A stretch of 46,234 bases of DNA from a bacterium (GTDB taxonomy: Bacteria; Patescibacteriota; Minisyncoccia; CAIUEV01): contig JAJYBC010000002.1 in the NCBI GenBank assembly GCA_021779255.1, forward strand, positions 1 to 46,234, given 5' to 3'. A model generated the notes under the pieces. It was not told the DNA's origin and did not search any database. It worked only from the letters and a program-made list of their open reading frames with translations. This document shows, in pieces, positions 1 to 7,718 of this stretch (positions are counted from its first letter, which is position 1; every line of letters starts with the position of its first letter). Made by a program: the position numbers and the translations under genes.

Positions 1-171
1 AAAACAATAAAAAAACAGAAAAAGAGAATAAAAAAATAATATAATAAAAAAACACAAACAAACAATTACAAATAGTAAACACCAAATTTTCGATATCTTC
101 AATTTATTTACGATTTTGTTTTTATTATGTATAAAATGAGGGGCGGTAGATATATTAGTCATCTTGTAAAA

Positions 172-1650
172 ATGAAAAATTTAAATTGGCAACCGGTTAT
201 CGGTATGGAAATTCATGTTCAACCCAAGACTCGCAGCAAAATGTTCTGTCGTTGCGCTAACGATCCTTTTTGTAAAGAACCGAATATTCATATTTGTCCC
301 ACTTGTACCGGTCAGCCGGGCGCTTTGCCGGTGGCAAATGAGCAGGCGATCGAAGAAATAATTAAATTAGGTGTTGCTTTTGATTGTCAAATTGCCGAAT
401 ATAGTTGTTTTGATCGTAAAAGTTATTTTTATCCCGACTTGCCGAAGGGTTATCAAATCAGCCAGTACGACAGTCCTTTTTGCTCAGGTGGATCTTTGGA
501 AGTGGCAGGACGAAAAATTGCGATTAATCGAATTCATTTAGAAGAAGATGCTGGTAAAAATTTTCACCCTAAAGGTTCGGAAGAAACGTTAGTTGATTTG
601 AATAGAGCCGGAGTGCCTCTTATCGAGCTAGTAACGGAGCCGGAAATTCAAAGTGCGGTTGAAGCTAAAAATTTTTGCCAAGAGTTGCAATTGGTTTTGC
701 GTTATCTAGGAATTTCTGATGCTGATATGGAAAAAGGGCAGATGCGTTGTGAAGCCAATATTTCTTTGATTAGACAAGGGACCAAGCCGAAAGATCGCTT
801 AAAAGGTACAAAAGTGGAAGTCAAAAATCTTAATTCCTTTAAAGCAGTGGAACGCAGTATTGAATATGAAATTAGAAGACAGAGCAAACTTTTGGAAAAA
901 GGGGAAAAAGTGGCGGGAGAAACTCGCGGTTGGAACGAAGGTAAACAAGCAACAGTCAGTCAACGGAGTAAAGAAGTAGCCAGCGAATATCGCTATTTCC
1001 CAGAACCGGACGTGCCACCCATTTTTATCGAGCAACAAAAAGTAAAAGAATTAAAACAGAGTTTGCCGGAATTACCATTAGCCTATCGAGAAAGATTGCA
1101 GAATGAATATCGGATTAATCAAAAAACCGTAGAAACTTTGTCAATTAGCAAATATTTGGGTGATTTTTTTGAGGCTACGGCCAGTGAATTTATTCTTTGG
1201 TGGCAGGATCTTAAAGGAAAAAAAACAAAAGTACCGGTAGATGCCTTTCAATTAATAGCTAATTATATTATTACCGAAGTCAAAAAAAGTTGGACTTCGG
1301 GTAGTGAAAATTGCAAATTAACAGCGGAAAATTTGGCTGAATTAGTGGTAATGCTTAGAGAAAATAAAATTAATTCTTCGGCTGGGCAAACTATTTTACA
1401 AAAAATGTTGGAAGTAGGGGGAGATCCTAATCAAATAGCTGAAAAATTGGATTTAGCGCAGGTTTCTGACGGCGGAGCGCTTAAAGTAGCCATCGAAGCT
1501 GTACTTCAAAATCACCCGCAAGTTTTAATTGAGTTGCGTAGCGGTAAAGAAAAAGCTTTGCAATTTTTGATCGGACAAGTTATGAAAGAGACAAAAGGTA
1601 AAGCTAATCCGCAGATGGTCAGTGAACTGATCAAAAAAGAATATTTGTAA
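172..1650 (+). CDS. gatB: Asp-tRNA(Asn)/Glu-tRNA(Gln) amidotransferase subunit B
   Basis: The translation MKNLNWQPVIGMEIHVQ...CPTCTGQPGALP...NRIHLEEDAGK...RCEANISL...YRYFPEPD plus the C-terminal GatB/YqeY-like tail is the canonical GatB layout. The ORF opens at 127, but the ATG at 172 gives the usual short N-terminus before VIGxEIH. Confidence 0.9.
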   Translation: MKNLNWQPVIGMEIHVQPKTRSKMFCRCANDPFCKEPNIHICPTCTGQPGALPVANEQAIEEIIKLGVAFDCQIAEYSCFDRKSYFYPDLPKGYQISQYDSPFCSGGSLEVAGRKIAINRIHLEEDAGKNFHPKGSEETLVDLNRAGVPLIELVTEPEIQSAVEAKNFCQELQLVLRYLGISDADMEKGQMRCEANISLIRQGTKPKDRLKGTKVEVKNLNSFKAVERSIEYEIRRQSKLLEKGEKVAGETRGWNEGKQATVSQRSKEVASEYRYFPEPDVPPIFIEQQKVKELKQSLPELPLAYRERLQNEYRINQKTVETLSISKYLGDFFEATASEFILWWQDLKGKKTKVPVDAFQLIANYIITEVKKSWTSGSENCKLTAENLAELVVMLRENKINSSAGQTILQKMLEVGGDPNQIAEKLDLAQVSDGGALKVAIEAVLQNHPQVLIELRSGKEKALQFLIGQVMKETKGKANPQMVSELIKKEYL

Positions 1651-1656
1651 TTATGC

Positions 1657-1729
1657 GGGCTCGTAGCTTAGTTGGTAGAGCGCCTGCTTTGCAAGCAGGA
1701 GGTCAGGGGTTCGAATCCCCTCGAGTCCA
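1657..1729 (+). tRNA. tRNA-Ala (anticodon UGC)
   Basis: Hand-folded cloverleaf. Acceptor GGGCTCG/CGAGTCC includes the G3:U70 alanine identity pair. D arm is GCTT-AGTTGGTA-GAGC. Anticodon arm is CCTGC-TTTGCAA-GCAGG (TGC). T arm is AGGGG-TTCGAAT-CCCCT, and the discriminator is A. CCA is not fully encoded (ACCCG). The gene starts 6 nt after the gatB stop. Confidence 0.93.
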
Positions 1730-1832
1730 CCCGAATATTTGTAAACGTCTATTTCTCAGTATATTTAATCGATTTACTAATAACGCTAGAAGGATTCGAA
1801 CGGGGAGCAAATTTAATTTTAGATTTACCTTC

Positions 1833-2366
1833 ATGCTAAGAGAAAGAAATTATGCTTTTGTGGATGGCCAAAATCTTCATATGGGAACAACAAAAATAGA
1901 AGGATCGTGGAAGATCAATTTTAAAAAATTTAGAATTTTTTTGAAGGATAAATTTCACGTTGAGATAGCTTACTACTTCCTAGGTTGTGTCATAGAAGAA
2001 AATCAAGAACTATACACAAAAATTCAAGAAGCTGGGTTTGTCTTGGTTTTTAGAGAACATAATGCCTCTATGGTTGGGAAAAAGAAGGGGAATGTTGACG
2101 CAGATATAATTTTTTCCATAATGAAAAAAATGTATCAAAAAGAGAATTTTGATAAAATTGTTTTAGTTTCAGGTGATGGAGATTACAAGAGAATGGTTGA
2201 TTTTTTGATTGAAGAGAAGAAATTTAAGAAAATATTATTTCCGAACAAAAAATTTGCATCTTCTCTTTATAAAAAACTTGGTTCCGAATTTTTTGATTAT
2301 TTGGATAGCAAGGGGGTCAAGAAGAAAATTGATTTGCAAATGAAAAAAGGGCTCCGCAGGCACTGA
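1833..2366 (+). CDS. NYN-domain (LabA/DUF88-like) putative RNase
   Basis: FVDGQNLHMG...GNVDADIIF...VLVSGDGDY matches the acidic NYN/PIN-like motifs. The listed ORF (from 1653) reads through the tRNA gene, so the ATG at 1833 (MLRERNYAFVDGQN) is taken as the start. Confidence 0.7.
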   Translation: MLRERNYAFVDGQNLHMGTTKIEGSWKINFKKFRIFLKDKFHVEIAYYFLGCVIEENQELYTKIQEAGFVLVFREHNASMVGKKKGNVDADIIFSIMKKMYQKENFDKIVLVSGDGDYKRMVDFLIEEKKFKKILFPNKKFASSLYKKLGSEFFDYLDSKGVKKKIDLQMKKGLRRH

Positions 2367-2569
2367 CACCTTTTGGATCCCTTTTTGTCTTGATACTAAA
2401 TTTATAAGGGTCTATTTTAAAAAAGTCAAATAATTGTCGGCTATATTGACACAAAGAAAGTTTGGGGAGTAAAGTGAAAGATAATCAAAAATCAAGGAGG
2501 AAAAATTCGGCTCTTTAAGATTTGTTACAAAACGAAGGTACTCATATAACTGGATCAAAGGAGGATATT

Positions 2570-2908
2570 ATGCAAAGATGGTGGGTACGGGCGATAATTC
2601 TTATCCCAGTTTGTCTAGCGTTTATATATTTTATACTCTGGGCGGTCGGTCAACAAAACGAGCCGGAATTGGCCAAAGTTAACCAGCGGATCGAGGCACT
2701 CAACAGAATAACTCCCGAGCAATATTATAATAAGACAAAAGAGGAATTGATTCGACAAAAGATCTTTTATGAAGAACAGATCAAGCTTTATAGTCAAGGG
2801 ACTAAGTATGTTTTTTATCAAAGTTTTCTTGGCATGCCAAAAGCTATAAAACATGAAATACCGGAGATGTGGAAAAAAATCAAAGAGTACAAGGAAAAGG
2901 AAGAGTAG
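2570..2908 (+). CDS. hypothetical single-pass membrane protein
   Basis: An AAGGAGGA Shine-Dalgarno sits 6 nt before the ATG at 2570 (MQRWWVRAIILIPVCLAFIYFILWAV). One N-terminal TM segment is followed by a charged coiled-coil-like tail, and an intrinsic terminator follows the gene. Confidence 0.6.
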   Translation: MQRWWVRAIILIPVCLAFIYFILWAVGQQNEPELAKVNQRIEALNRITPEQYYNKTKEELIRQKIFYEEQIKLYSQGTKYVFYQSFLGMPKAIKHEIPEMWKKIKEYKEKEE

Positions 2909-2934
2909 TGTATGTTAATCATAAATTAAGCCAG

Positions 2935-2970
2935 TCCCCAATGGTAGTAATATCGTTGGGGATTTTTTTA
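2935..2970 (+). terminator. rho-independent terminator
   Basis: Stem TCCCCAA (2935-2941) pairs with TTGGGGA (2956-2962) and is followed by TTTTTTTA, directly after the 2570..2908 CDS. Confidence 0.6.
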
Positions 2971-2981
2971 TTTGCAGGAAA

Positions 2982-3006
2982 GGGCAGGTCGCGACCTGCC
3001 CGTACG
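2982..3006. repeat. REP-like GC-rich palindrome, family 1 (GGGCAGGTCGCGACCTGCCC + GTACG)
   Basis: A perfect 20-bp palindrome centred on TCGCGA in AT-rich intergenic DNA. Related copies lie at 4121..4174 and 15158..15195. Confidence 0.8.
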
Positions 3007-3106
3007 TAGTTCGTGTCGACAAATATTTTTTACATTATTTTTTTGCCTTTTTTTAAAGTTTATTCTAAAATAGTAAAGTCAATTTTAATCATCTTAAATA
3101 AAAAAA

Positions 3107-4084
3107 ATGACGAAAAAAATTTGGTTTTTGGGCCTAATGCTAGGGATTTTTGTAGGAATAACGGGAGTTGCTAAAGCCGACGACAGTTTGCCGGTTGAGA
3201 GCGATCCTTTCTGGACAATTATGAGTCAGCTAAACCGACCGGATGATACAACTTGTTATACTAAAACCAAAGCCCTCTTAGATTCTTTGAATCTTGGTTA
3301 TAATACGACCGAGCGAGCAACAGCCACTTGCGCCGGTGTGGCTCGAATTATGGATATGCAGGCAAACATGACAACCGATGGTGTTACTACTAATCTTTTT
3401 GATCAAACTGATTGGCATCACGTGAGCGGTCTCTATTTCGAGAAAACGGGTTATGGACGAATTGAATTTAGTACAGAAATTGATTTTATGAGTCGAGACT
3501 TTATGATTTTTATTCAGACTTTTGGAGAACGCATGGCTATGCAAAAAGATGAAATTAGTTTAGACGCCGATATTGTTGAAAGTTTGCGAACGGCCGGAGC
3601 TGTGCTAACTATGTATAATGTATCTAGCTTCTCTAATCCGGAGATTTTAGTCGATAATGCAACTGATGACGGAAGCGTGGTTTCTAATCTAACGTATGAT
3701 AGTAATAGCCAAACCATTGTTTTTGATGCTGCTCATTTTACTTCTTTTAAAGCGGTGGAAAAAGGAACTGTGGATAGTGGTAAAAAACCGAGAATAACCA
3801 GTGTCGAATTTAAAAAATATATTTCTGATGGCAAGGAAAAAATCAAAGTAGAGATTAGAGGCAAAAAACTAAACAAAGATGCGGTTATCAAATTGGGGCA
3901 TCAACAAATCGATAAAATTACTTGGAAAAACAGTCAAAAAATTGAAGCTACCTTTACCATTAAAAAAGTTTTGAAGGGTAATTATAAAAATCCAGTCATG
4001 CTAAAAATAACCAATCCGGGAGGCAAGTCAAAAAAATATAGTGAGAAAGTTGATTTAGATGATATAATTCTGACCAAGAAATAA
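3107..4084 (+). CDS. hypothetical secreted protein with a C-terminal Ig-like (IPT/TIG-like) region
   Basis: Signal peptide MTKKIWFLGLMLGIFVGITGVAKA/DD. The C-terminal stretch PRITSVEFKK...IKVEIRGKKL...ATFTIKK...MLKITNPGGKS looks like a beta-sandwich Ig-fold repeat. I recognise no family for the N-terminal part. Confidence 0.7.
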   Translation: MTKKIWFLGLMLGIFVGITGVAKADDSLPVESDPFWTIMSQLNRPDDTTCYTKTKALLDSLNLGYNTTERATATCAGVARIMDMQANMTTDGVTTNLFDQTDWHHVSGLYFEKTGYGRIEFSTEIDFMSRDFMIFIQTFGERMAMQKDEISLDADIVESLRTAGAVLTMYNVSSFSNPEILVDNATDDGSVVSNLTYDSNSQTIVFDAAHFTSFKAVEKGTVDSGKKPRITSVEFKKYISDGKEKIKVEIRGKKLNKDAVIKLGHQQIDKITWKNSQKIEATFTIKKVLKGNYKNPVMLKITNPGGKSKKYSEKVDLDDIILTKK

Positions 4085-4111
4085 AAAAAACGACCAATTT
4101 TATTGGTCGTT
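4083..4111 (-). terminator. hairpin terminator (T-run on the minus strand)
   Basis: AACGACCAAT (4089-4098) pairs with ATTGGTCGTT (4102-4111). The A-run on its plus-strand 5-prime side is a U-run for the leftward-transcribed response-regulator/tsf/rpsB block. It may also stop the plus-strand 3107..4084 gene. Confidence 0.5.
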
Positions 4112-4120
4112 AGGTTGGGA

Positions 4121-4174
4121 GGGGACAGGTCGCGACCTGTCCGTACGACCTGTCCGTACGATCTGTCCGTACGA
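4121..4174. repeat. REP-like palindrome, family 1, with the right arm repeated three times
   Basis: GGGGACAGGTCGCGACCTGTCC is followed by three tandem 13-nt units (CCTGTCCGTACGA, CCTGTCCGTACGA, TCTGTCCGTACGA). Confidence 0.85.
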
Positions 4175-4197
4175 TGTTATTTTTACGAAGATGAGGT

Positions 4198-4584
4198 CTA
4201 GTTGATAAGCAAGTTAATCGTTTTGATGAATTCTCGAAAAGAGAAAGGTTTTTGAAGAAAATGGGAACAATTTTCTGGGGGAAAAGCATTGCCCGAAAGG
4301 ATGATGATTTTAGTCTCGGGAAATCGAGCTTCTATCTTATTCTTTAGCGTAATTCCATCCATCTCGGGCATAACAATATCGGTGATAACCAAATCGTAGT
4401 CAAACTCTTTATTCCCATCTATTTTTAGCCAAGCTTCCTGTCCGTTGCAAGCTTCCTCTACCAAAAAAACTTTACCATTTTGATTTCTTTTGCTGATTGT
4501 TTCTAGTAAATCAATCAATATTTTTCTGATGTTATCGTCATCATCAACAACTATGATCCTTTTGTAAATTACTTTTTGATTCAA
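4198..4584 (-). CDS. receiver-only response regulator (CheY-like)
   Basis: IIVVDDDD...DLVITDIVMPEMDG...IIILSG...KPF are receiver-domain motifs. The start is TTG, preceded by AAGGAGG at a 6-nt spacing. There is no output domain. Confidence 0.85.
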   Translation of the reverse strand: MNQKVIYKRIIVVDDDDNIRKILIDLLETISKRNQNGKVFLVEEACNGQEAWLKIDGNKEFDYDLVITDIVMPEMDGITLKNKIEARFPETKIIILSGNAFPPENCSHFLQKPFSFREFIKTINLLIN

Positions 4585-4701
4585 AATAGAACCTCCTTGT
4601 AAATTGAATTTAATAATGGATCTCTGGGACAGAATTTTAGTACAGTTTTAAATTTAAAGCAAGTCCGCCGGAAGATTTTTAAGGTGAAACGCGCTTAAAG
4701 T

Positions 4702-5097
4702 CTAACGTCGCAACTCAATGTTTAATAATTCAGAGGCTCGAGACAAAACTTCAGCGGGAGTAACTTTGACTTTAATAAAACATTCGTCAGCGCCGGTTTT
4801 TTTCATTTCTTCAATTTCCGAATCAAGGGCAGTATTAGATAAAACAATAATTTTGGGGTAGCCCTTAGCTTTTTTTTCTTGTTCTATTTGGTGTAACATT
4901 TCCAGACCGTCCATAGCGGGCATGGACATATCCATTATAACCAAATCAAAGTGACCGCTCTGAATTTTTTTTAACCCCCAAGCTCCGTTTTCGGCTTTTT
5001 CTACTGAAAAACCGGCTTGGATAAATTTGTGTTGATAAATTTCAATTAAATCTTGATTGTCGTCGATGATTAGGACTTTTTTTGTTTTTTGATTCAT
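4702..5097 (-). CDS. receiver-only response regulator (CheY-like)
   Basis: VLIIDDNQDL...DLVIMDMSMPAMDG...IIVLSN...KVKV are receiver motifs. The protein is 131 aa with no output domain. Confidence 0.85.
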   Translation of the reverse strand: MNQKTKKVLIIDDNQDLIEIYQHKFIQAGFSVEKAENGAWGLKKIQSGHFDLVIMDMSMPAMDGLEMLHQIEQEKKAKGYPKIIVLSNTALDSEIEEMKKTGADECFIKVKVTPAEVLSRASELLNIELRR

Positions 5098-5106
5098 AAA
5101 ACAATT

Positions 5107-5478
5107 TTATAAATTAGATTCAAGCTCTTGAAATAATTTTTCAGGAGTATAGTCAGCTTTAATTAAAAAAGCCAAAGCACCTAAGTTTTTTGCTTCCCGT
5201 TCTTTATCGATATCTTGATTGTTACTGAAAATGATAAATTTGGTTTTACCTTTCCAATTTAATAATTTAAGATTTTTAAGAATCTCAATACCGCCACCTC
5301 CGGCAATTAACAAATCAAGCAAAGCCACGTCGGGTTCCTCTTTTTGAATAATTTCCAAAGCTTTTTTGGTTTCGTCAGCAGAAAGAACTTGGCAACCGGC
5401 TTTTTCAAATCTTTTCTGATAAATTTCAGTAATCATCTCGTCATCTTCCAACAAAAGAACTTTTTTGATTTTTCCCAT
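5107..5478 (-). CDS. receiver-only response regulator, atypical post-acceptor loop
   Basis: VLLLEDDEMI...VALLDLLIAGGGGIE...FIIFSN...IKADY follows the receiver fold pattern, but LIAGGGG replaces the usual MPxMDG after the predicted acceptor Asp. Confidence 0.75.
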   Translation of the reverse strand: MGKIKKVLLLEDDEMITEIYQKRFEKAGCQVLSADETKKALEIIQKEEPDVALLDLLIAGGGGIEILKNLKLLNWKGKTKFIIFSNNQDIDKEREAKNLGALAFLIKADYTPEKLFQELESNL

Positions 5479-5493
5479 AGGTTAATTCTAACT

Positions 5494-6081
5494 TTAGATT
5501 TGAAATCGACAAAATTTTCCTAATTGAATATTCTCACCTATTTTAGCAACGGCGTCCTGAACGATCTCTTGAACTTTGCGAGTAGGATCTTTAATAAAAG
5601 CTTGGCTGAGCAGAGCATTTTCTTCGCGAAATTTATTCATTTTACCCTCCAGCGCTTTTTCAACTATATCGGCCGGTTTACCTGATTTTTCCAGTTGTTC
5701 GCGGTAAATATTTTTTTCTTTTTCCAGCTCCTCATCGGAGATATCTTCCGGATGAATAGCGCGTGGATTATTGGCTACAATTTGCATTGCTAAATCTTTG
5801 CCAAGAATTTCGAAGTCGGAGTTTTTAGCTACAAAGTCGGTTTCGCAAAAAAGTTCCAACATAGCGCCTACTTTTTGGTTGGTATGAATATAAAAAGCGA
5901 TAATGCCCTCTTTGGTTTCTCTTTGAGATTTACGGTTAGCAGTCTCCAAACCTTTCTTGCGTAAAGCGACAATAGCTTTTTCGATGTCACCACCAGTTTC
6001 CTCCAATGCTTCTTTGCACTTGGCAATACTTACAGCGGTTTTTTCGCGGAGCTCTTTAATCTGATCGAGAGTAATAGTCAT
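5494..6081 (-). CDS. tsf: translation elongation factor Ts (short form)
   Basis: The N-terminal UBA-like region IKELREKTAVSIAKCKEALEETGGDIEKAIVALRKKG and the CETDFVAKN motif fit EF-Ts. The gene lies directly downstream of rpsB, as in the conserved rpsB-tsf operon. Confidence 0.9.
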   Translation of the reverse strand: MTITLDQIKELREKTAVSIAKCKEALEETGGDIEKAIVALRKKGLETANRKSQRETKEGIIAFYIHTNQKVGAMLELFCETDFVAKNSDFEILGKDLAMQIVANNPRAIHPEDISDEELEKEKNIYREQLEKSGKPADIVEKALEGKMNKFREENALLSQAFIKDPTRKVQEIVQDAVAKIGENIQLGKFCRFQI

Positions 6082-6090
6082 AAAAATAGT

Positions 6091-6885
6091 TTATTTTTTA
6101 GTTTTTTTAATTTCTTTGGAAACGTAATTTAAAAGTAATTCGACTGATTTTAAAGAATCATCGTTGGCGGGAATAGGAAAATCAATTTCTTTAGGATCGA
6201 TGTTTGTGTCAACCAAGCCGATAATGGGCACTCCTGTTTTTTTAGCCTCGGCAATAGCTGTTTTTTCTTCTTTAACTCCAATTACGAAAAGAGCTTCCGG
6301 CAGTTTAGTCAAATTTTTAATTCCACCCATATTCTTTTCAAAATCGCGAATTTCTTGGCGAAATTTGGTTTGTTCTTTTTTAGTGTAATGACCCAGACTG
6401 CCTTCGTTTTCTTTTCTTTCTAACTCTAGAAGTTTCTTAATTCGACGAGAAATGGTGGAAAAATTAGTGAAAGTGCCACCTAACCAACGTTCTGAAACAT
6501 AAGGCATAGTGTTTTCCTCGGCTGTCTTTTTGACCAGAGAACAAATCTGTTTTTTAGTTCCTAAAAAAAGGATAATTCCTTGTTTTTCGATAATATCTTT
6601 GATTTTGTCTAAAGCCAGTTCGAATTTTTTGAGAGTAATTTCCAAATTAATAATGTGAGTTCCCCCGTGTTCACCAAAAATATAACTGCTAGCTTTGGGA
6701 TTCCAGCGACCTTTTTGATGGCCGAAATGAACTCCCGCTTTTAGCATTTCTTCCAATTTCGGTAGACGATCATTGTCAGATTTTTTCTCGGTTTTTTTAG
6801 TAGTAGACGAATTTTGAGACGCTACTTTGGCAGAAGAAGCGCTAGCGTCGTCGGTAATTGTGGTCGATTCCTTAGTTTCTTCCAT
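6091..6885 (-). CDS. rpsB: 30S ribosomal protein S2, with a low-complexity N-terminal extension
   Basis: LLKAGVHFGHQKGRWNPK...ERWLGGTFTNF...PIIGLVDTN are S2 hallmarks. The ATG at 6885 (MEETKES...) is preferred over the upstream TTG at 6921. About 55 Ser/Thr/Lys-rich residues precede the conserved core. Confidence 0.9.
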   Translation of the reverse strand: MEETKESTTITDDASASSAKVASQNSSTTKKTEKKSDNDRLPKLEEMLKAGVHFGHQKGRWNPKASSYIFGEHGGTHIINLEITLKKFELALDKIKDIIEKQGIILFLGTKKQICSLVKKTAEENTMPYVSERWLGGTFTNFSTISRRIKKLLELERKENEGSLGHYTKKEQTKFRQEIRDFEKNMGGIKNLTKLPEALFVIGVKEEKTAIAEAKKTGVPIIGLVDTNIDPKEIDFPIPANDDSLKSVELLLNYVSKEIKKTKK

Positions 6886-7051
6886 GAAATAACTGATTAC
6901 GAATAAATTTAATAAAAACAAAAACAGACTTGATAATAAATCTAGTTACTTATATTAATAAGGGGAAATATCGTTTTCGTCAAAAAATTCGAGGAATAGT
7001 CTATAATTTTCCAGATTTATAGATAGCGTATATACTAAAACATAGTAATAG

Positions 7052-7139
7052 GCTTTTTTTGTCTGTAAAAATTTTTTTTGAGTGGAGAAGTCACCCTGCC
7101 GGGGGCACACTCAAAAAAAATTTTTACAGACAAAAAAGC
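7052..7139. repeat. long hairpin with a conserved GC-rich apical core (family 2, copy A)
   Basis: A 32-bp AT-rich stem with one bulge pairs 7052-7084 with 7108-7139. The loop is GAGAAGTCACCCTGCCGGGGGCA. The core GAAGTCACCCTGCCGGGGGCACACTC is identical over 26 nt to the reverse complement of 12064..12089. Confidence 0.85.
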
Positions 7140-7170
7140 TAAATATATTTTTTAATAAACGATTTTGAAA

Positions 7171-7689
7171 ATGAAAAATAAAATCCTGTTTTTTCTATTA
7201 CTAACAGTAGGTTTTTTCCAAGCGAAGTTAGTTTTGGCTGTTTGTCCGGTCTGTACTGTAGCGGTAGCCGGCGGTTTAGGTGTTTCTCGTTGGCTGGGTG
7301 TTGATGATTTTATCTCGGCTATTTGGATCGGGGGGCTTTGTTTCTCAATGACTGTTTGGAGTTGGAATTATTTGAAAAAAAAGAAAAAACTAAATTTGGT
7401 AACCGGTTTTTTCGCGTTATTTTTGGTTTATTTTTCGGTCATTTTTCCTCTGCAGAAATTAAACTTTTTGGGTTTACCGTTTAATACTCTTTGGGGTTTT
7501 GATAAAATTATTTTAGGTTTAATCCTTGGCACGATTATCTTCTGGCTGGGTGTTTTTTTCAATACTTTTCTGAAGAAAAAAAATGAAGGTCGAGTTTATT
7601 TTCCTTTTCAGAAGGTAGTGATGCCTTGTGTTTTTTTGTTGCTGGCCAGTTTAATTTATTATGTTTATTGTAAATGTGTTTTAAATTAA
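7171..7689 (+). CDS. hypothetical polytopic membrane protein with an N-terminal CPVC motif
   Basis: About 5 hydrophobic segments, with LAVCPVCTVAVAGG in the first. The ATG at 7171 is preferred over the TTG at 7165. No family recognised. Confidence 0.6.
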   Translation: MKNKILFFLLLTVGFFQAKLVLAVCPVCTVAVAGGLGVSRWLGVDDFISAIWIGGLCFSMTVWSWNYLKKKKKLNLVTGFFALFLVYFSVIFPLQKLNFLGLPFNTLWGFDKIILGLILGTIIFWLGVFFNTFLKKKNEGRVYFPFQKVVMPCVFLLLASLIYYVYCKCVLN

Positions 7690-7718
7690 AAAATTCTTAT
7701 ATCTAAGCTTGAAAATCT

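Noticed and set aside
1-110. Strongly strand-asymmetric A/C-rich tract almost devoid of G and T at the left edge of the window.
   Set aside because: It has no ORF, repeat unit or foldable structure and is truncated by the window edge. It is probably a low-complexity spacer or the promoter region of gatB.
702-1038. Short antisense ORFs inside gatB. The same class of ORFs occurs inside gyrA, fusA, pilB, pilT, the ftsA-like gene, alr, the LCP gene and others throughout the track.
   Set aside because: Each is fully embedded antisense or off-frame in a strongly supported conserved gene, and the translations are Leu/Ser/Phe/Ile-rich as expected from AT-rich non-coding frames.
1785-1815. GGATTCGAACGGGGAGC, which looks like a tRNA T-arm fragment and might mark an integration (att) repeat next to tRNA-Ala.
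   Set aside because: It is neither a direct repeat of the tRNA 3-prime end (GGTTCGAATCCCCTCGAGTCCA) nor foldable into a T-arm on either strand. No integrase gene is nearby.
1653-1832. N-terminal 60 codons of the listed ORF 1653..2366 (MRARSLVGRAPALQAGGQGFESPRV...).
   Set aside because: This stretch is the translation of the tRNA-Ala gene and its downstream spacer. The NYN-domain homology begins only after the internal ATG at 1833.
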